From the NCBI GenBank assembly GCA_965237415.1, contig CBDEFM010000002.1:3584001-3648000 (forward strand): DNA of 64,000 nt. Reading direction: 5' to 3'. The position numbers were made by a program, and so were the translations under genes. Below are positions 8,518-19,320 of this stretch, in pieces; position 1 is the stretch's first letter; each line of letters begins with the position of its first letter. The notes under the pieces were generated by a model. The model was not told where the DNA came from. It made no database searches and saw only the letters and a program-made list of their open reading frames with translations. The stretch comes from Alphaproteobacteria bacterium (GTDB lineage Bacteria; Pseudomonadota; Alphaproteobacteria; UBA828).

Positions 8518-10167
8518 TCAGCCGAATTCTCTGGGGTCCACACGATCCGCGAAGCGGCGCTCCAACTCACCTTCACCGTTGCAAGCTGGGCAGTCATTCC
8601 CGAGAAAATGACGTTTTCCATTGCAGAGGGGGCATTCGATAGACTGATAATCCTGCACCTCGATTCTATCTAGGTCTCGACGATCAATCTGTGCCTCGCC
8701 GCTGCAAACTGGGCAATCGTCGCCCTTACGTCTTCCTTGGCCGTCACACACGGGACAATCGACTTTCTGGTAATCTTGAAGTTCGACCGCTTCAGCGAAT
8801 CGCCGCTGCATACTTCCTTCCCCGCCGCATTCAGGACAGTCTCGGTCCTCGTAACTACCCGCACCATCACAGAGGGGACATTCGATCGACTGATAATCCT
8901 GCACCTCGATTCTATCTAGGTCTCCACGGTCAATCTGTGCCTCGCCGCGGCAAGCTGGGCAATCGTCTCCCATATATCTTCCTTGGCCGTCACACACGGG
9001 ACAATTGACTTTCTGGTAATCTTGAAGTTCGACCGCTTCAGCGAAGCGCTGCTGCATACTTCCTTTCCCGCCACATTCAGGACAGTCTCGGTGCTCGTAA
9101 CGACCCGCACCATCGCAGAGGGGACAGGCGACATCTTCGTAGTCCCGCACGTCAATGCTATTGGCGTAGCGTCGGGCCATCCGAGCCTCTCCGTCGCAGG
9201 CGGGGCAAGGTTCTTGCGTCAGGGTCCCCATGCCCTCGCAAACGGGGCAGTCAACGTACCCGTACTCTCTAAGGTCGATTACCTTGGCAAGTCTCGGCTC
9301 AATCTCACGATCTCCGTTACATACAGGGCAGTCGGTTCCCTCATGTTGGCCGCCACTCTCACAAAGCGGGCAGGTCACGAAGCCAAAGGCCGCAACATAC
9401 TTCTTTCGAATCTTCTCTGCCCTTTTAAGACGCTTCACTATGTTTGACTTGCTTTTCGACAACGAGATCGCGTCTGCGGATATCGTCTCGTAAACAGCAT
9501 ACTTTGGATCAGTCTCGGATACAGGAGCGAGCCCCGGAAGGGCAGCGAGCGTCTCCTTTGCAAGTTTCTTTACTGCCTTAATCTGTTCCTTTGTTTTGGC
9601 TCTTTTTAGCTGCTTTTTAAGGCCATTACAGTTCTCCAATACGTAGAAAAGTTGGTGGCTAACTTCATGCTGTGTACGCCAGAGCATTACCCGATAACGT
9701 CGCAGTGCTTGCTTGAAGATGGCGACGAAAAAAGCGTTTTCTTTATCGGGACCGAACAGTCCATTGTCGTAAGCGACATGGTGGTTGGCGCAGAGCCACA
9801 AGAGATTTTCTGGATGGTTATTGTCGCTCTTTGCAACCGGGTCCAGGTGTGCCGCTTCACAAGTATCCTTATGACTGTGACAAACGGCGCACTCGCCGTT
9901 TGCCTCTTGCTTGATCTCGCGCCTAATGCCGGTGGGGATGTGAGGGCGTCGTCCGTCTTTGCGAGGCCACGGCCGCTTCAGCCAGTTGTTGAAATCGAGA
10001 ACCTCTTCTTCATCGAAAAACAAGGTATCGTTCTTGATCTTCGCAGCTTTGAGTTTTCGTTTACTGCCGTGCTTCGGGGAGTACGAGGTAAGCCACCGCA
10101 GCAATGTTGGTGACATCGCTGTCAAAGCCGCTGCCTCGTACTCGCTGATGAGAGTTTTCTTGACCAT
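8518..10167 (-). CDS. HNH endonuclease with 7 tandem DnaJ-like CxxCxGxG zinc-finger units
   Basis: CAVC...AAHLDP...NHPENLLWLCANHH HNH motif; 14 C-terminal CPxC motifs in 41-aa units. Confidence 0.85.
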   Translation of the reverse strand: MVKKTLISEYEAAALTAMSPTLLRWLTSYSPKHGSKRKLKAAKIKNDTLFFDEEEVLDFNNWLKRPWPRKDGRRPHIPTGIRREIKQEANGECAVCHSHKDTCEAAHLDPVAKSDNNHPENLLWLCANHHVAYDNGLFGPDKENAFFVAIFKQALRRYRVMLWRTQHEVSHQLFYVLENCNGLKKQLKRAKTKEQIKAVKKLAKETLAALPGLAPVSETDPKYAVYETISADAISLSKSKSNIVKRLKRAEKIRKKYVAAFGFVTCPLCESGGQHEGTDCPVCNGDREIEPRLAKVIDLREYGYVDCPVCEGMGTLTQEPCPACDGEARMARRYANSIDVRDYEDVACPLCDGAGRYEHRDCPECGGKGSMQQRFAEAVELQDYQKVNCPVCDGQGRYMGDDCPACRGEAQIDRGDLDRIEVQDYQSIECPLCDGAGSYEDRDCPECGGEGSMQRRFAEAVELQDYQKVDCPVCDGQGRRKGDDCPVCSGEAQIDRRDLDRIEVQDYQSIECPLCNGKRHFLGNDCPACNGEGELERRFADRVDPREFG

Positions 10168-10379
10168 TGTACGAAACACTGTAAGTGAATGATTACGAAA
10201 CGGATTTTGACGAGTCTAGATTTCCTCTATATTTCTCGATCGCAGACTTCACAATGCCGACGACCTTGGTCAGGAATGTCCGAGCTTGTAGTCTCAGGAC
10301 TGGTCTGACCGGCGAAATGTTATCCTCGTATGGGCGGCAGATTACTGTAGCACGGCGGGAAACCGAATTGTAACCGGGA

Positions 10380-10836
10380 TCGGTGTAAGCAGTCATCCAA
10401 TCGTTGCGGCGCTGATCAGCAAGCCGTTTCTTCAGGAGGTCAAGCAGGGCGTTGATCGATGAACAGCGCCTCGATCGCCGTTGCATCTTGGCCGAGACGG
10501 CAACGTTCCACCGCGATCCGCATTCTAAAATGGCTGCAGGCCACGATGACCGGGACGCGGGTCGGCATCCACGGTAGTCTTGATCGCGAGTAGGAGCTGC
10601 GGGACGCGTTGGATTTCGTCGATGATCGCCCGGTCAAGATCGCAGACGAAACCAACGGGATCGGCGGATGCGGAGTCGAGGACGGTGGCGTCGTCGAGCG
10701 TTACGAATGGGACATCGTTGCCCGCAATCCGCTGCGCAAGCGTGATCTCGCCTGATTGCCGGGGGCCGCAAAACAGCACGACCCTGGTGTCCGTCAGGGC
10801 TTCCCGAATCCGCCCTTCAACAAAACGAGGATACAT
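10380..10836 (-). pseudogene. AAA_14/DUF4143-type ATP-binding protein remnant
   Basis: GPRQSGEITL (degenerate Walker A), IIDEIQRVP; truncated. Confidence 0.75.
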
Positions 10837-10970
10837 GCCGCCGTCTCGGATCACTGACCGTTGGAAAGATGACCTTCAACGAATTGAAAGTCAATATCCG
10901 ACCAATTGAAACAACGCAGCCGACTCTGCCGCTGACGGATGGGGCCTGCAAGTGGAAGCACGGTGGCCGA

Positions 10971-11645
10971 TCAGCGAGTGGGCGAAGATTCCGCAGCGAT
11001 CGCCAGATCACCGTCGATGCTGTCACCAATACGGGCAGCAGACGCCTTGACGGTGTCGCGAGCGAGGTGGGCATAGCGGGCCGTCGTCTGAACCTGGGTG
11101 TGACCCAGCAGCTTCCCGATCATTGGCAATCCTTCGCCGAGCGCCAGTGCGCGCGAGGCGAAGCTGTGGCGCAGGTCGTGGATCCGCACATCGTCGAGCT
11201 CAGCGCGCGCACGGATACGCCTCCAAGGATGCTGAAGGTCGGTCAAATGGCTGCCCGGCTTTTTGCCTGCGATCACCCAACAGTTGTCCTCGTCGCGGGG
11301 CAGGGACTCCAGGAGCCGCACTGCGGACGGGGCAAGCGGAACCGCCCGCCCCCCGGTCTTGGCGTCGGGAAGCCGCAGCTCGCCCGCCTCCAGGTCAACA
11401 TGCTCCCACTGTAGCTTCTGGATCTCCGACAACCGGCAACCGGTCAGCATCAGCAGGCGAATCGCCACCAACGCGGAGCGGGACTCCGAACCTTCCTGGA
11501 GAATCTCGTCCAGCACGCGCCCGAGACGGGCGAACTCCTCGGCACTCAGGAAGCGCTCGCGCTTCTCCTCCCTGTAGCGCTTGACGTGTAGACATGGGTT
11601 CGAGCCGTCGGGACGGAGGCCCCACATGCCAGCGGCCGATCTCAT
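10971..11645 (-). pseudogene. Tyrosine integrase C-terminal half
   Basis: TGCRLSEI, HDLRHSFAS, LGHTQVQTTARY; N-terminus missing. Confidence 0.85.
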
Positions 11646-11675
11646 AGAGACTATGTCCTGCCTTAGAGCACCACG

Positions 11676-13601
11676 CTACCAAGCCGCACTTTCCAACGCG
11701 GCCTCTGCTACCGCGCAGTAGCGCGCCAGGGCTGGCTCTGCGCGAACGAGACGACGAATACTGTGAAGTAACCGCGTCGATGATTCCTTTCCCTCAACTT
11801 CGAATGCAAGTTCGCTGATCCATTCGCCGGCGAAAGAAGCCCAATTCTCCAACTTCTCGTTTGACGCAGCAGCCAACATAGCGATGCGTATTTGATCCTC
11901 CGCCTCAACGGTCAATCGTTTCCTGCGCCGCATGACCCGATCCAATACCCGCAGCTCTTCCGCAAGGTCCGTGCTCCGAGTAACCGCGGCTACCGTCGCC
12001 AAGCCTCCAATCAACCCGAATAGATTATCATCACTGTCGGCGATTTCAATGGAGTACTTCACTCTACGCAGCGCAGTAGCGGCTAACCCCGCATGACTGG
12101 CGGGCATGCCAAATAGACTAGCCAGGTTCACAAGTCTGGCGAACGAATGTGGTTCCAAGTACTCTGATTTCAGATCGCTTGCCACGTCTTCCAACACATC
12201 GTCAGAGATAGTAGGCACTTCTGACTTAGCTTCCCCCTCCAAAGGTCCAGGAAGCATTCGGAAAGGCCAATCGACCGCGGTCGCCAATCTTGACTCCTCT
12301 CCAACCACGAGGCAGCGCAGCGATTCAGACTTGATTCCCTTCTGCCATCTCTCCACTGCGTTTGAAATTCGGCCCATAAACTCTGCACGCAATTGATATG
12401 GACTAACAAAATCCGGCAACCACCGAGGCTCCAGGCGCAAATCTACCAAGCCCTGTAAGAAGAATACATTGCCGAACCCGCTCGTTTTGGCCCAGTCGAC
12501 AATGGACTCCGCTTTTTCTTCACTTGCATATATTGCGCGAATGATCAGCGAAGCCTGTGCAATAGCCGCCTGCTTTCGGTAAAAGGGTTGAACCTGCCCC
12601 AGCACATGCCTGCGGCTAAGTTCCGATCCAACGAGTACGACGATGGCCGAGAGTAGTGAAAAGCGCCCGCCTTTGTGTTCCGGATCATCCGAGATGAACG
12701 CTTCAATAATCCGCTCAACAAATGGTTCAAGCTCCCTATGCTCCTCAATACTACGAAGTGCCACTTCCACTGCACCCAGCTGCGAAATAGGGTCCCCATG
12801 GTCTGCTAGCCATTCGTACGCCCCTAACAACTCCTGTGAGCTAAACCCCTCAATCCCTATACGCGCCGCTATAGTGCCTGCCGAACACATCAACAGCGAA
12901 TAGAGAAACCCACTAGTAGAATTCCACTTCTGAAGATCGCAGATGAGCTGCGCCGCTCCACCGTTGATGTACTCGTCAGTATTAGAAGCCGAACCTAGGG
13001 AACCAATGAGAAGGTCATAGTACCGCGTTTCGCCTTGCACTAGTGTACCCAGGTCGACACGCCTTTGGGAAAAACCGGACCCAATGTTCTCAAAGGTGCT
13101 AACGGGTGTAAGTGTCAGCGCTTCACGCAACCGCGCGAACTCGTCATCACTCAGCGGTCTGCTAGCCAACCTCTCCATCCATTGCTGTCGTTCACTCCTG
13201 TCAAAATTGACACGCTCTGCAATTTCGTTGAACCAAGAAACCCGAATCTCCTTCTCCTTTGCTAATCCGGAGTGGTCTTCAAGAAGAAATTGGCTACCGG
13301 CGTCCGCGAGCACAAAGGACCAGCTAGAAGCTTTGGCTCGTGCGGTAAGTCGCCACAAGTTGCCCTTGTCGTCCTGAATAGTGACTTCCTCTTCAGGACG
13401 GCCAATGGCTTCTCGCATACCACGGTACAACTCCTCTCGTCGAAAGCACGGCCCATCTTTCCCAATTGCTACACCAGCTGTAGCATTTAGCTCCCAATGA
13501 TCGACGAACTCCTGGTCATCCAGCAGGGATCTCCGCAAGCAAGGAGCCAGGAATCCAAAGGCGGCCACTACTAAGGAATGCTTCGTACGGCTATTGGTCA
13601 T
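11676..13601 (-). CDS. Hypothetical 641-aa protein, partner of upstream giant protein
   Basis: Long lower-GC ORF overlapping the upstream gene by 11 nt. Confidence 0.85.
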   Translation of the reverse strand: MTNSRTKHSLVVAAFGFLAPCLRRSLLDDQEFVDHWELNATAGVAIGKDGPCFRREELYRGMREAIGRPEEEVTIQDDKGNLWRLTARAKASSWSFVLADAGSQFLLEDHSGLAKEKEIRVSWFNEIAERVNFDRSERQQWMERLASRPLSDDEFARLREALTLTPVSTFENIGSGFSQRRVDLGTLVQGETRYYDLLIGSLGSASNTDEYINGGAAQLICDLQKWNSTSGFLYSLLMCSAGTIAARIGIEGFSSQELLGAYEWLADHGDPISQLGAVEVALRSIEEHRELEPFVERIIEAFISDDPEHKGGRFSLLSAIVVLVGSELSRRHVLGQVQPFYRKQAAIAQASLIIRAIYASEEKAESIVDWAKTSGFGNVFFLQGLVDLRLEPRWLPDFVSPYQLRAEFMGRISNAVERWQKGIKSESLRCLVVGEESRLATAVDWPFRMLPGPLEGEAKSEVPTISDDVLEDVASDLKSEYLEPHSFARLVNLASLFGMPASHAGLAATALRRVKYSIEIADSDDNLFGLIGGLATVAAVTRSTDLAEELRVLDRVMRRRKRLTVEAEDQIRIAMLAAASNEKLENWASFAGEWISELAFEVEGKESSTRLLHSIRRLVRAEPALARYCAVAEAALESAAW

Positions 13602-16600
13602 CGTTGGTCTCTAAAAGTTGTTCACAAGCGTCCACGCTATCGGCGACATATTCCTTTGCCCAAGTCAACAGATGCTCGTAAGTCTCAGGGTCTTCTTCTC
13701 GCACCGACTCGAGAATGCGTGTTTCAAACCAGCGCCAGTAGGCTTCCTTTACCGATTGCGGAGGCTCCACGAGCAACGACATCAACATCCAAATCCAATT
13801 CCTGTATCGTTCCATATGCTGGTCGAGGTTGTCGTCTAAACGATGTGCCCAGCCCCTTGGATCGGCTAAAGTAAGCAACCAGTCAGATCGCGCCGCAGCG
13901 GTGGCCTCGTCCATCTCGCCAATCCACTGTTCCCTCAAGCTAAACAGGCACGCCTGATTTACTCCGTTCAGCCACTCTCGCTCGCTTGGAAGCTGAAGCA
14001 TATTACTCATTTGCACCCGTTGGATACTCTCTCGAATAGCCTTAAGCTCTCCGGTCTCCTCTAGAACGCCGTCTCGGACATTGCTACTGGACACTAGCTC
14101 ATTCAATTCGTCGGCATATAATGGTGTCAGAGCGAAGTTTGCCCGTCGCAAAGTGGTAAGAGCATCTTGTTGTTGTGTCTCTGAAATAGCACCGCGTTCC
14201 AGTAAGATGTCCAGCAGATCGATCATAGTGATTATAGGGCGGGAGGTAGTGTCTAGAGTAATAGACCTGTGACGGTTTACATAGCGGTCATCAACCACCC
14301 CTATATCTGAGTCTGTCATTAATTGCAGCAAGTCGATAGTGGGATGCGAGGATATACTTGGTGAATCATCATCGTTCCCACGGCGGGGCGCCTTCCCCAG
14401 ACGAATCTTCTCGCTTTCAAGGCTTTCCCGCAAGCGGACGCGAAGGCGATCCACCATTGAAACCACATCACCAGCACTTGCATCGTAAGAAATTAGAGAG
14501 TCCGCTTCTTCAACGTCTTGGTGTGATACAAATGCCGTTATCTCAGCGCGATGAAGTTTCGGGAGCAGGCCAAGAAAGTGTAGATGTGACGTGGACAAGC
14601 TGTCAAGATAGAGCACCGCCCCATCTCTAATCTCCGGCTCAGTCGGCCATGGTCTTTCTCGAATGTTCAGAGAGGCGTATGCGCTCTCTTGCTCTCGCCG
14701 GGTCAAAACGCCCTTTTCTGCAAGCTTTTTCACTAAGGTGGAACAGCTGCAAAGATGATCCTGGTACTCGCTGATGTCGACCTCTTGCTGCATAAAGGAG
14801 CTAATCTTGTGAATAGGGCCTCCACGTACAACCAGTCGCTGTCTTTCATCCAAGTGTTGTGTCGAAGAAGCCGCGGCAATGAAAGCAGCCAATGATCCTC
14901 CTAGTTCGGTGACCAACTTTTCTGGCGCGGCAGCACTCTCGTCAAAAACACGTAAGTGGCCTTCCGATATCATCGTTCGGAGTTCGCGGGCAGCAAGCAC
15001 ACGGCTCGGCTGATGGAACAAGATTCGTGCCTTTTCTCCCAAAAGCCATCCGAGGGTGCTATGAGGGATTACGATGCTATCGAACGTATCAATGCACTCG
15101 TCAAATAGATTTAGAAACTCCAAAGCTATAAGTGTCGTTGCATCCATCGAAACAACGTCGGCCCTTACCGTGACTGCTTCTCGGGCTCCACTAAATGCAT
15201 ATATAAATGGTCGGCGGCGAACGTCCGACTCGTGCACATTAGTCAGCGCGGGCATCAAATACAGGCTAAGCAAGGACCGGTTCAGCGCTTGTGCTGCAGC
15301 GAACAGCGGAATTTCGCCTCTTTCAAGTAATTCCCAGACACGTTCCTCATGCCCCTCCCAGTCCGGCTTTCTCTTAAGTAGATCATCAATCGTCGCTACC
15401 TGCACAGGCCCTTTGGGGCCTGAGAGTTCTGCTGCTCGCTGTATCCACGAGTGTACTTCAGCGGCATCTTCCCAGCCGCCTGTTGAAGCCAGATGATAAC
15501 TGCCTACCAATATTGTTGGATCGTCCATCGAGCGACTCGCCGCTTCCTTGATCAGATCCCTTCCCCGGCCCGCACCAATATGCTGTGCGATCTCACCAGC
15601 TCGGAGAAGATCGGTGGGCGTACGATCAGCCCGGGCAAGCCATTCAGCTTCTACAAAACCCTGAAGCGACTCCCAATCTCCCGATACCACTGCCAAGCTA
15701 ACCTGTAGATGACGAGCATCCGGCGAATCTTTCAATTGACGAAGTGCACCGACAGCTACCAATGCATCGTTCAGCTTGCCACACTCAAGATATGTCTGTG
15801 CTCGCAATAGTCGCATATCGGTATCTTGAGACCAGAGCGCAGGATATGTCTCAAGCACTGTGATCACTTTTTGAGGCTGCTCGCAATTGTGCAAAGAAAT
15901 CACATATCGACGCACATCTTCAAGATCTCCTCCAACTTCAACAAGGGTCTTGCCGTGCTCGCAGGCTTTCCTCCAATCACCCGCGTCTTCGTATGCTCTC
16001 ACGAGCAAACGCAATTCGATGATTGACGTATTCTCGTTATATGCTGCCAGTCTCTCCGCGATGGGATCCGCGCCGGAGGTCTCTGACAGTTCGCGACGAA
16101 GACGAGCGACGTCTCGTGCGGACAATGGCTTTCCCGCAGCTTCTTCCAGTAATTCCTCGGCCTTTGCAGTTTGTCCCGCATTAGCCAACATTTCGATTTC
16201 AATAAAATAAAGCCCCCTGGGGTCAAGATGCTTAAAGAGTTGCTCCCGGTGTTCGTTGATATAGGCTGCGATATCTGCATGGCTGCCCTTGCTTAGGGCT
16301 AAGGCCAGTCGTGCGATTGCGGCATCCCGCGACATACCTCCACTGAGGGCAGTCTGCCGAGTAACCTCGGCTTCGGCCCGCTCTATATCTATACTCACGC
16401 CAAACTGCAGTCCCAGGCTAAGTCGGCGCAGAAACGTTGAAGGGTCATTGACACTCTCAAGCAGTTCCTGACGCGCGTCTGCGGAGTACTCCGGGTCCAC
16501 CAGCCGTAACCAAAGCGCCCTGTCCTCCGCTAGCCCTGCCATTCCCATTAGACCGAGCGACTTCGCAACGTTATGCAATTGATCGTACAGTTGAATGGCT

Positions 16601-18228
16601 GTTCGTCGATGCTGGATGGCGAGCGGTTCACTGCGCAAGGGAAACTTCACAGCATCAAACGGCATGTCTTGAGCCAAAAACGTTTCCCGTAGTTCGTCCG
16701 GTACCGCCTGCAAAAGAAGGGCATCTGCGCTTGCTGCAAGTAGCCCTGGCGTTTCCTCCCAATCGTTCGGCGTCAAAACTCCCGCCATATCAAACGCTAG
16801 GTTCCAACTTCCCTCCTGCAAAGCGCTTCGAATATAGGAGAACTTGCCATGGCCATCGAGATCGGCGAACGTTAGTCCAGCCTCATCCAACCACGTATTC
16901 GCACTCTTGAAGCCCCTTGCTCCGAGTACCTGAATGTATGCGGCCCCGTAAGCTACTGGCGTTCCAATGCCACAAAGCTCACGTATCGCGTCGGGTATAT
17001 CACCTTTGAGTGACTTCACAACGCTTCGAGCAATGTTGTAAACTTCGCTATTGGCGGTTCCGATGCGGTTCACGAGCGACTCTGCTTCATCGAGATCGCT
17101 TCCAGCAAGAAAGCGGCAGCACCAAGAGAGCGCTGTATCTTTGTGTTCTTCGTTCGCCTGCGCGAGATCACCGCCCTCGAGATTAGCAACAAGGCTCTTC
17201 ACTTCGTCTATTACTAGAAACTCAGAAAAGTATCGGCATTTGCGGATACGTTCCAGCCGGCGGTCAACTTCTGTGTCGATTATTGAGGCGTGAGAACCGT
17301 GCATTGCGGGCCCTAGAGTGATGGCACCTCGCATATCCGAAAACGCTGCAATCTGGCCTTTGGTGAGCGAAACAAGCTCTTGAAGCTGGTCAGTGTTTCT
17401 TTCAAGAACTTGATCAGGACGCGTTACCTGAAGTGGCGGATCAAAGGAGCGGCGTATGAATTCCCGCACATGGATATAGACCTCAGCCTCTTTATTAGTT
17501 GGTTTGCATATACTCATATGGTCTTGGTCAACAGGGATGGGTGTCTCGGGCAAACCGGCGTCTGCACTCTCGGTTGTCACGATTTTCCCTATCGCGGTTG
17601 GCAGCTGAATGCCGAATACTCCAGATGGCTTTCCCTCAGAGAGGAGTAAGTTTCCCATGTTATTGTTCATACTGTGGTGTCTATACCAATGATTTAGATC
17701 GCGAAGTTGAGAACTACCCAAAATCAAGTCGTTCGTCACTTCGGATGGCCTAATCAAGGGCCATAACATTCTTGACAGGTTTGCCAAGAGAGCGCCTCGA
17801 TGAGGTGTTCCGAGGAAAGCTATGCGCTTTACACGGACCAGGAAATTTCGTGCTCTCGGGTTTGTGCCTGATTCTCTCTCCGCATTACGTAGAATTTGCT
17901 TTGCGACCAGCCCGCCAAGACTGTGAGCAACGAAGATAATATTGCCGCCTGCAAGCCCTGATTCTGCCAATAGGAGAGCCAAGATGCTGTCTGCACGTTC
18001 TGGAATAGAGATTCCAGTTCCACCCCAATATGTTTTTGCAGCCGGGTATCCCACAAGCCATAGATCGATGTCGGGAATATCGTCTTCCAACCGGAGGGGC
18101 CATAGCTCTGTAGAGTTATCAGTCGTAGTTGTCCAAGTTCTCTCAATATGTCCTGAAAGCCCGTGGATGAATAAAACGTGTGTCTCTACATTCGTAGCCT
18201 TTGTTGAGATGGTGCGTAGGATGGACAA
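13591..18228 (-). CDS. Alpha/beta hydrolase (PGAP1/SERAC1-like) + helical/TPR-like + PIN-like multidomain protein
   Basis: FIHGLSG, VAHSLGGL, FLGTPHRG, DHMSICKP; helical middle; VSMDATTL...IVIPHST and VVDDRY PIN-like motifs. Confidence 0.8.
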   Translation of the reverse strand: MSILRTISTKATNVETHVLFIHGLSGHIERTWTTTTDNSTELWPLRLEDDIPDIDLWLVGYPAAKTYWGGTGISIPERADSILALLLAESGLAGGNIIFVAHSLGGLVAKQILRNAERESGTNPRARNFLVRVKRIAFLGTPHRGALLANLSRMLWPLIRPSEVTNDLILGSSQLRDLNHWYRHHSMNNNMGNLLLSEGKPSGVFGIQLPTAIGKIVTTESADAGLPETPIPVDQDHMSICKPTNKEAEVYIHVREFIRRSFDPPLQVTRPDQVLERNTDQLQELVSLTKGQIAAFSDMRGAITLGPAMHGSHASIIDTEVDRRLERIRKCRYFSEFLVIDEVKSLVANLEGGDLAQANEEHKDTALSWCCRFLAGSDLDEAESLVNRIGTANSEVYNIARSVVKSLKGDIPDAIRELCGIGTPVAYGAAYIQVLGARGFKSANTWLDEAGLTFADLDGHGKFSYIRSALQEGSWNLAFDMAGVLTPNDWEETPGLLAASADALLLQAVPDELRETFLAQDMPFDAVKFPLRSEPLAIQHRRTAIQLYDQLHNVAKSLGLMGMAGLAEDRALWLRLVDPEYSADARQELLESVNDPSTFLRRLSLGLQFGVSIDIERAEAEVTRQTALSGGMSRDAAIARLALALSKGSHADIAAYINEHREQLFKHLDPRGLYFIEIEMLANAGQTAKAEELLEEAAGKPLSARDVARLRRELSETSGADPIAERLAAYNENTSIIELRLLVRAYEDAGDWRKACEHGKTLVEVGGDLEDVRRYVISLHNCEQPQKVITVLETYPALWSQDTDMRLLRAQTYLECGKLNDALVAVGALRQLKDSPDARHLQVSLAVVSGDWESLQGFVEAEWLARADRTPTDLLRAGEIAQHIGAGRGRDLIKEAASRSMDDPTILVGSYHLASTGGWEDAAEVHSWIQRAAELSGPKGPVQVATIDDLLKRKPDWEGHEERVWELLERGEIPLFAAAQALNRSLLSLYLMPALTNVHESDVRRRPFIYAFSGAREAVTVRADVVSMDATTLIALEFLNLFDECIDTFDSIVIPHSTLGWLLGEKARILFHQPSRVLAARELRTMISEGHLRVFDESAAAPEKLVTELGGSLAAFIAAASSTQHLDERQRLVVRGGPIHKISSFMQQEVDISEYQDHLCSCSTLVKKLAEKGVLTRREQESAYASLNIRERPWPTEPEIRDGAVLYLDSLSTSHLHFLGLLPKLHRAEITAFVSHQDVEEADSLISYDASAGDVVSMVDRLRVRLRESLESEKIRLGKAPRRGNDDDSPSISSHPTIDLLQLMTDSDIGVVDDRYVNRHRSITLDTTSRPIITMIDLLDILLERGAISETQQQDALTTLRRANFALTPLYADELNELVSSSNVRDGVLEETGELKAIRESIQRVQMSNMLQLPSEREWLNGVNQACLFSLREQWIGEMDEATAAARSDWLLTLADPRGWAHRLDDNLDQHMERYRNWIWMLMSLLVEPPQSVKEAYWRWFETRILESVREEDPETYEHLLTWAKEYVADSVDACEQLLETNDDQ

Positions 18229-18592
18229 GTCAATTCTCCGACGAAGCAGATGTTGTCTGGCTTCGGAGTGATGCAGCGTACACTTCAGTCATTTTCTTTG
18301 CTTCGCGAGTATATCTGCGATCATTGTTGACTTCCGCGATTTACACCCTTCGATGTTGTCCAATCCTTCACTCTCTGCACTCCGATCCCGGCTTCGACCG
18401 CGCCGGACATCGTATGCGCCAGCGAACGCAGAAAGCACTCAGTATGGCGGAGGGTACGGACCTCCGTGCCCACAGGCGAGGCCCTGTTGTTGGAGGTGAC
18501 CCAAGGCCGCCTATCGGCTGCTGATGGCCGCGCTCGCCTGGAGAGCGAATACCGCCACGCTCTCGGTTCGGCAACAGTTTCGGCAGTGCTTC

Positions 18593-18910
18593 CTAGCGAA
18601 CCGTATCTACCTTGAGATGAAGTCGTTCGCGATCCTGAAGGCAGGCAATGACCTCGAATAGGTTTCGAGCTTGGGGATTCCCGTTGGGACTGAACATGCG
18701 CATCAAGCTCTTTGGCGACTTCTCAGTCAGGCCGCCCAGCGCTTGAAAGCCGATCGTGGCGTTGATGTAGTCGCGCAAAACCGCCTTGCCGGTGTCAATG
18801 TCTCCCGACAGCAGGCATTCGACCCCCTCCTTGAGCAGCTCTTCCCGGAAAGCTGGATCGCGGTCGCTACGCGCCTTGATCGTTTCCTTGAAGTCGCGTG
18901 TCAGAGACAT
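18593..18910 (-). CDS. Addiction module antitoxin (HTH)
   Basis: LRDYINATIGF...KSLMRMFSPNGNP; directly downstream of toxin. Confidence 0.85.
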   Translation of the reverse strand: MSLTRDFKETIKARSDRDPAFREELLKEGVECLLSGDIDTGKAVLRDYINATIGFQALGGLTEKSPKSLMRMFSPNGNPQARNLFEVIACLQDRERLHLKVDTVR

Positions 18911-18915
18911 GGCTC

Positions 18916-19245
18916 TCAGGCCTCCCGTCGTTTGCGCCGCTTGTAGTCCTGCCAATGACTTCGTGCGGTTTCGATGTCCTGCCGCTGGTGCCTCTTGGTG
19001 CCTCCGCCCAACAGAATGACCAGCGTCTCGCCGTCCTTGCCAAAATATATCCGATAGCCGGGACCGAAATCGATACGGTGCTCGAATACACCGGCGCCGA
19101 CACCCTTGACGCCGGAAAGATTCCCCAGCTCCAACCTTACTAGGGCTGTTGTCACCTTTGCCGCGGCCGGCGAGTTGAGCCGATTGAACCATCTCGCATA
19201 AGGGCTGCGGCCCTCAAGGTCGACATATTCCCTGACTGCGATCAT
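18916..19245 (-). CDS. RelE/HigB-like addiction module toxin
   Basis: GVFEHRIDFGPGYRIYFGKDG...LLGGGTK..Q..DI. Confidence 0.9.
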   Translation of the reverse strand: MIAVREYVDLEGRSPYARWFNRLNSPAAAKVTTALVRLELGNLSGVKGVGAGVFEHRIDFGPGYRIYFGKDGETLVILLGGGTKRHQRQDIETARSHWQDYKRRKRREA

Positions 19246-19320
19246 CCTTAGAGGGGAACATACACGTTACCAATAGGTCGGTCAAGACTGCTCGCTTGGT
19301 CTAGGTCTAGATGCACGTGC

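Noticed and set aside
8620-9130. 246-bp tandem repeats as a CRISPR or non-coding array
   Set aside because: They are in-frame coding repeats of the zinc-finger units; no repeat-spacer structure and no cas genes anywhere in the window.
13591-18228. Avs/STAND NTPase
   Set aside because: No Walker A/B motif seen in the translation.
18400-18600. Possible frameshifted VbhA-like antitoxin
   Set aside because: Resemblance too weak and the frame is broken; cannot support it.
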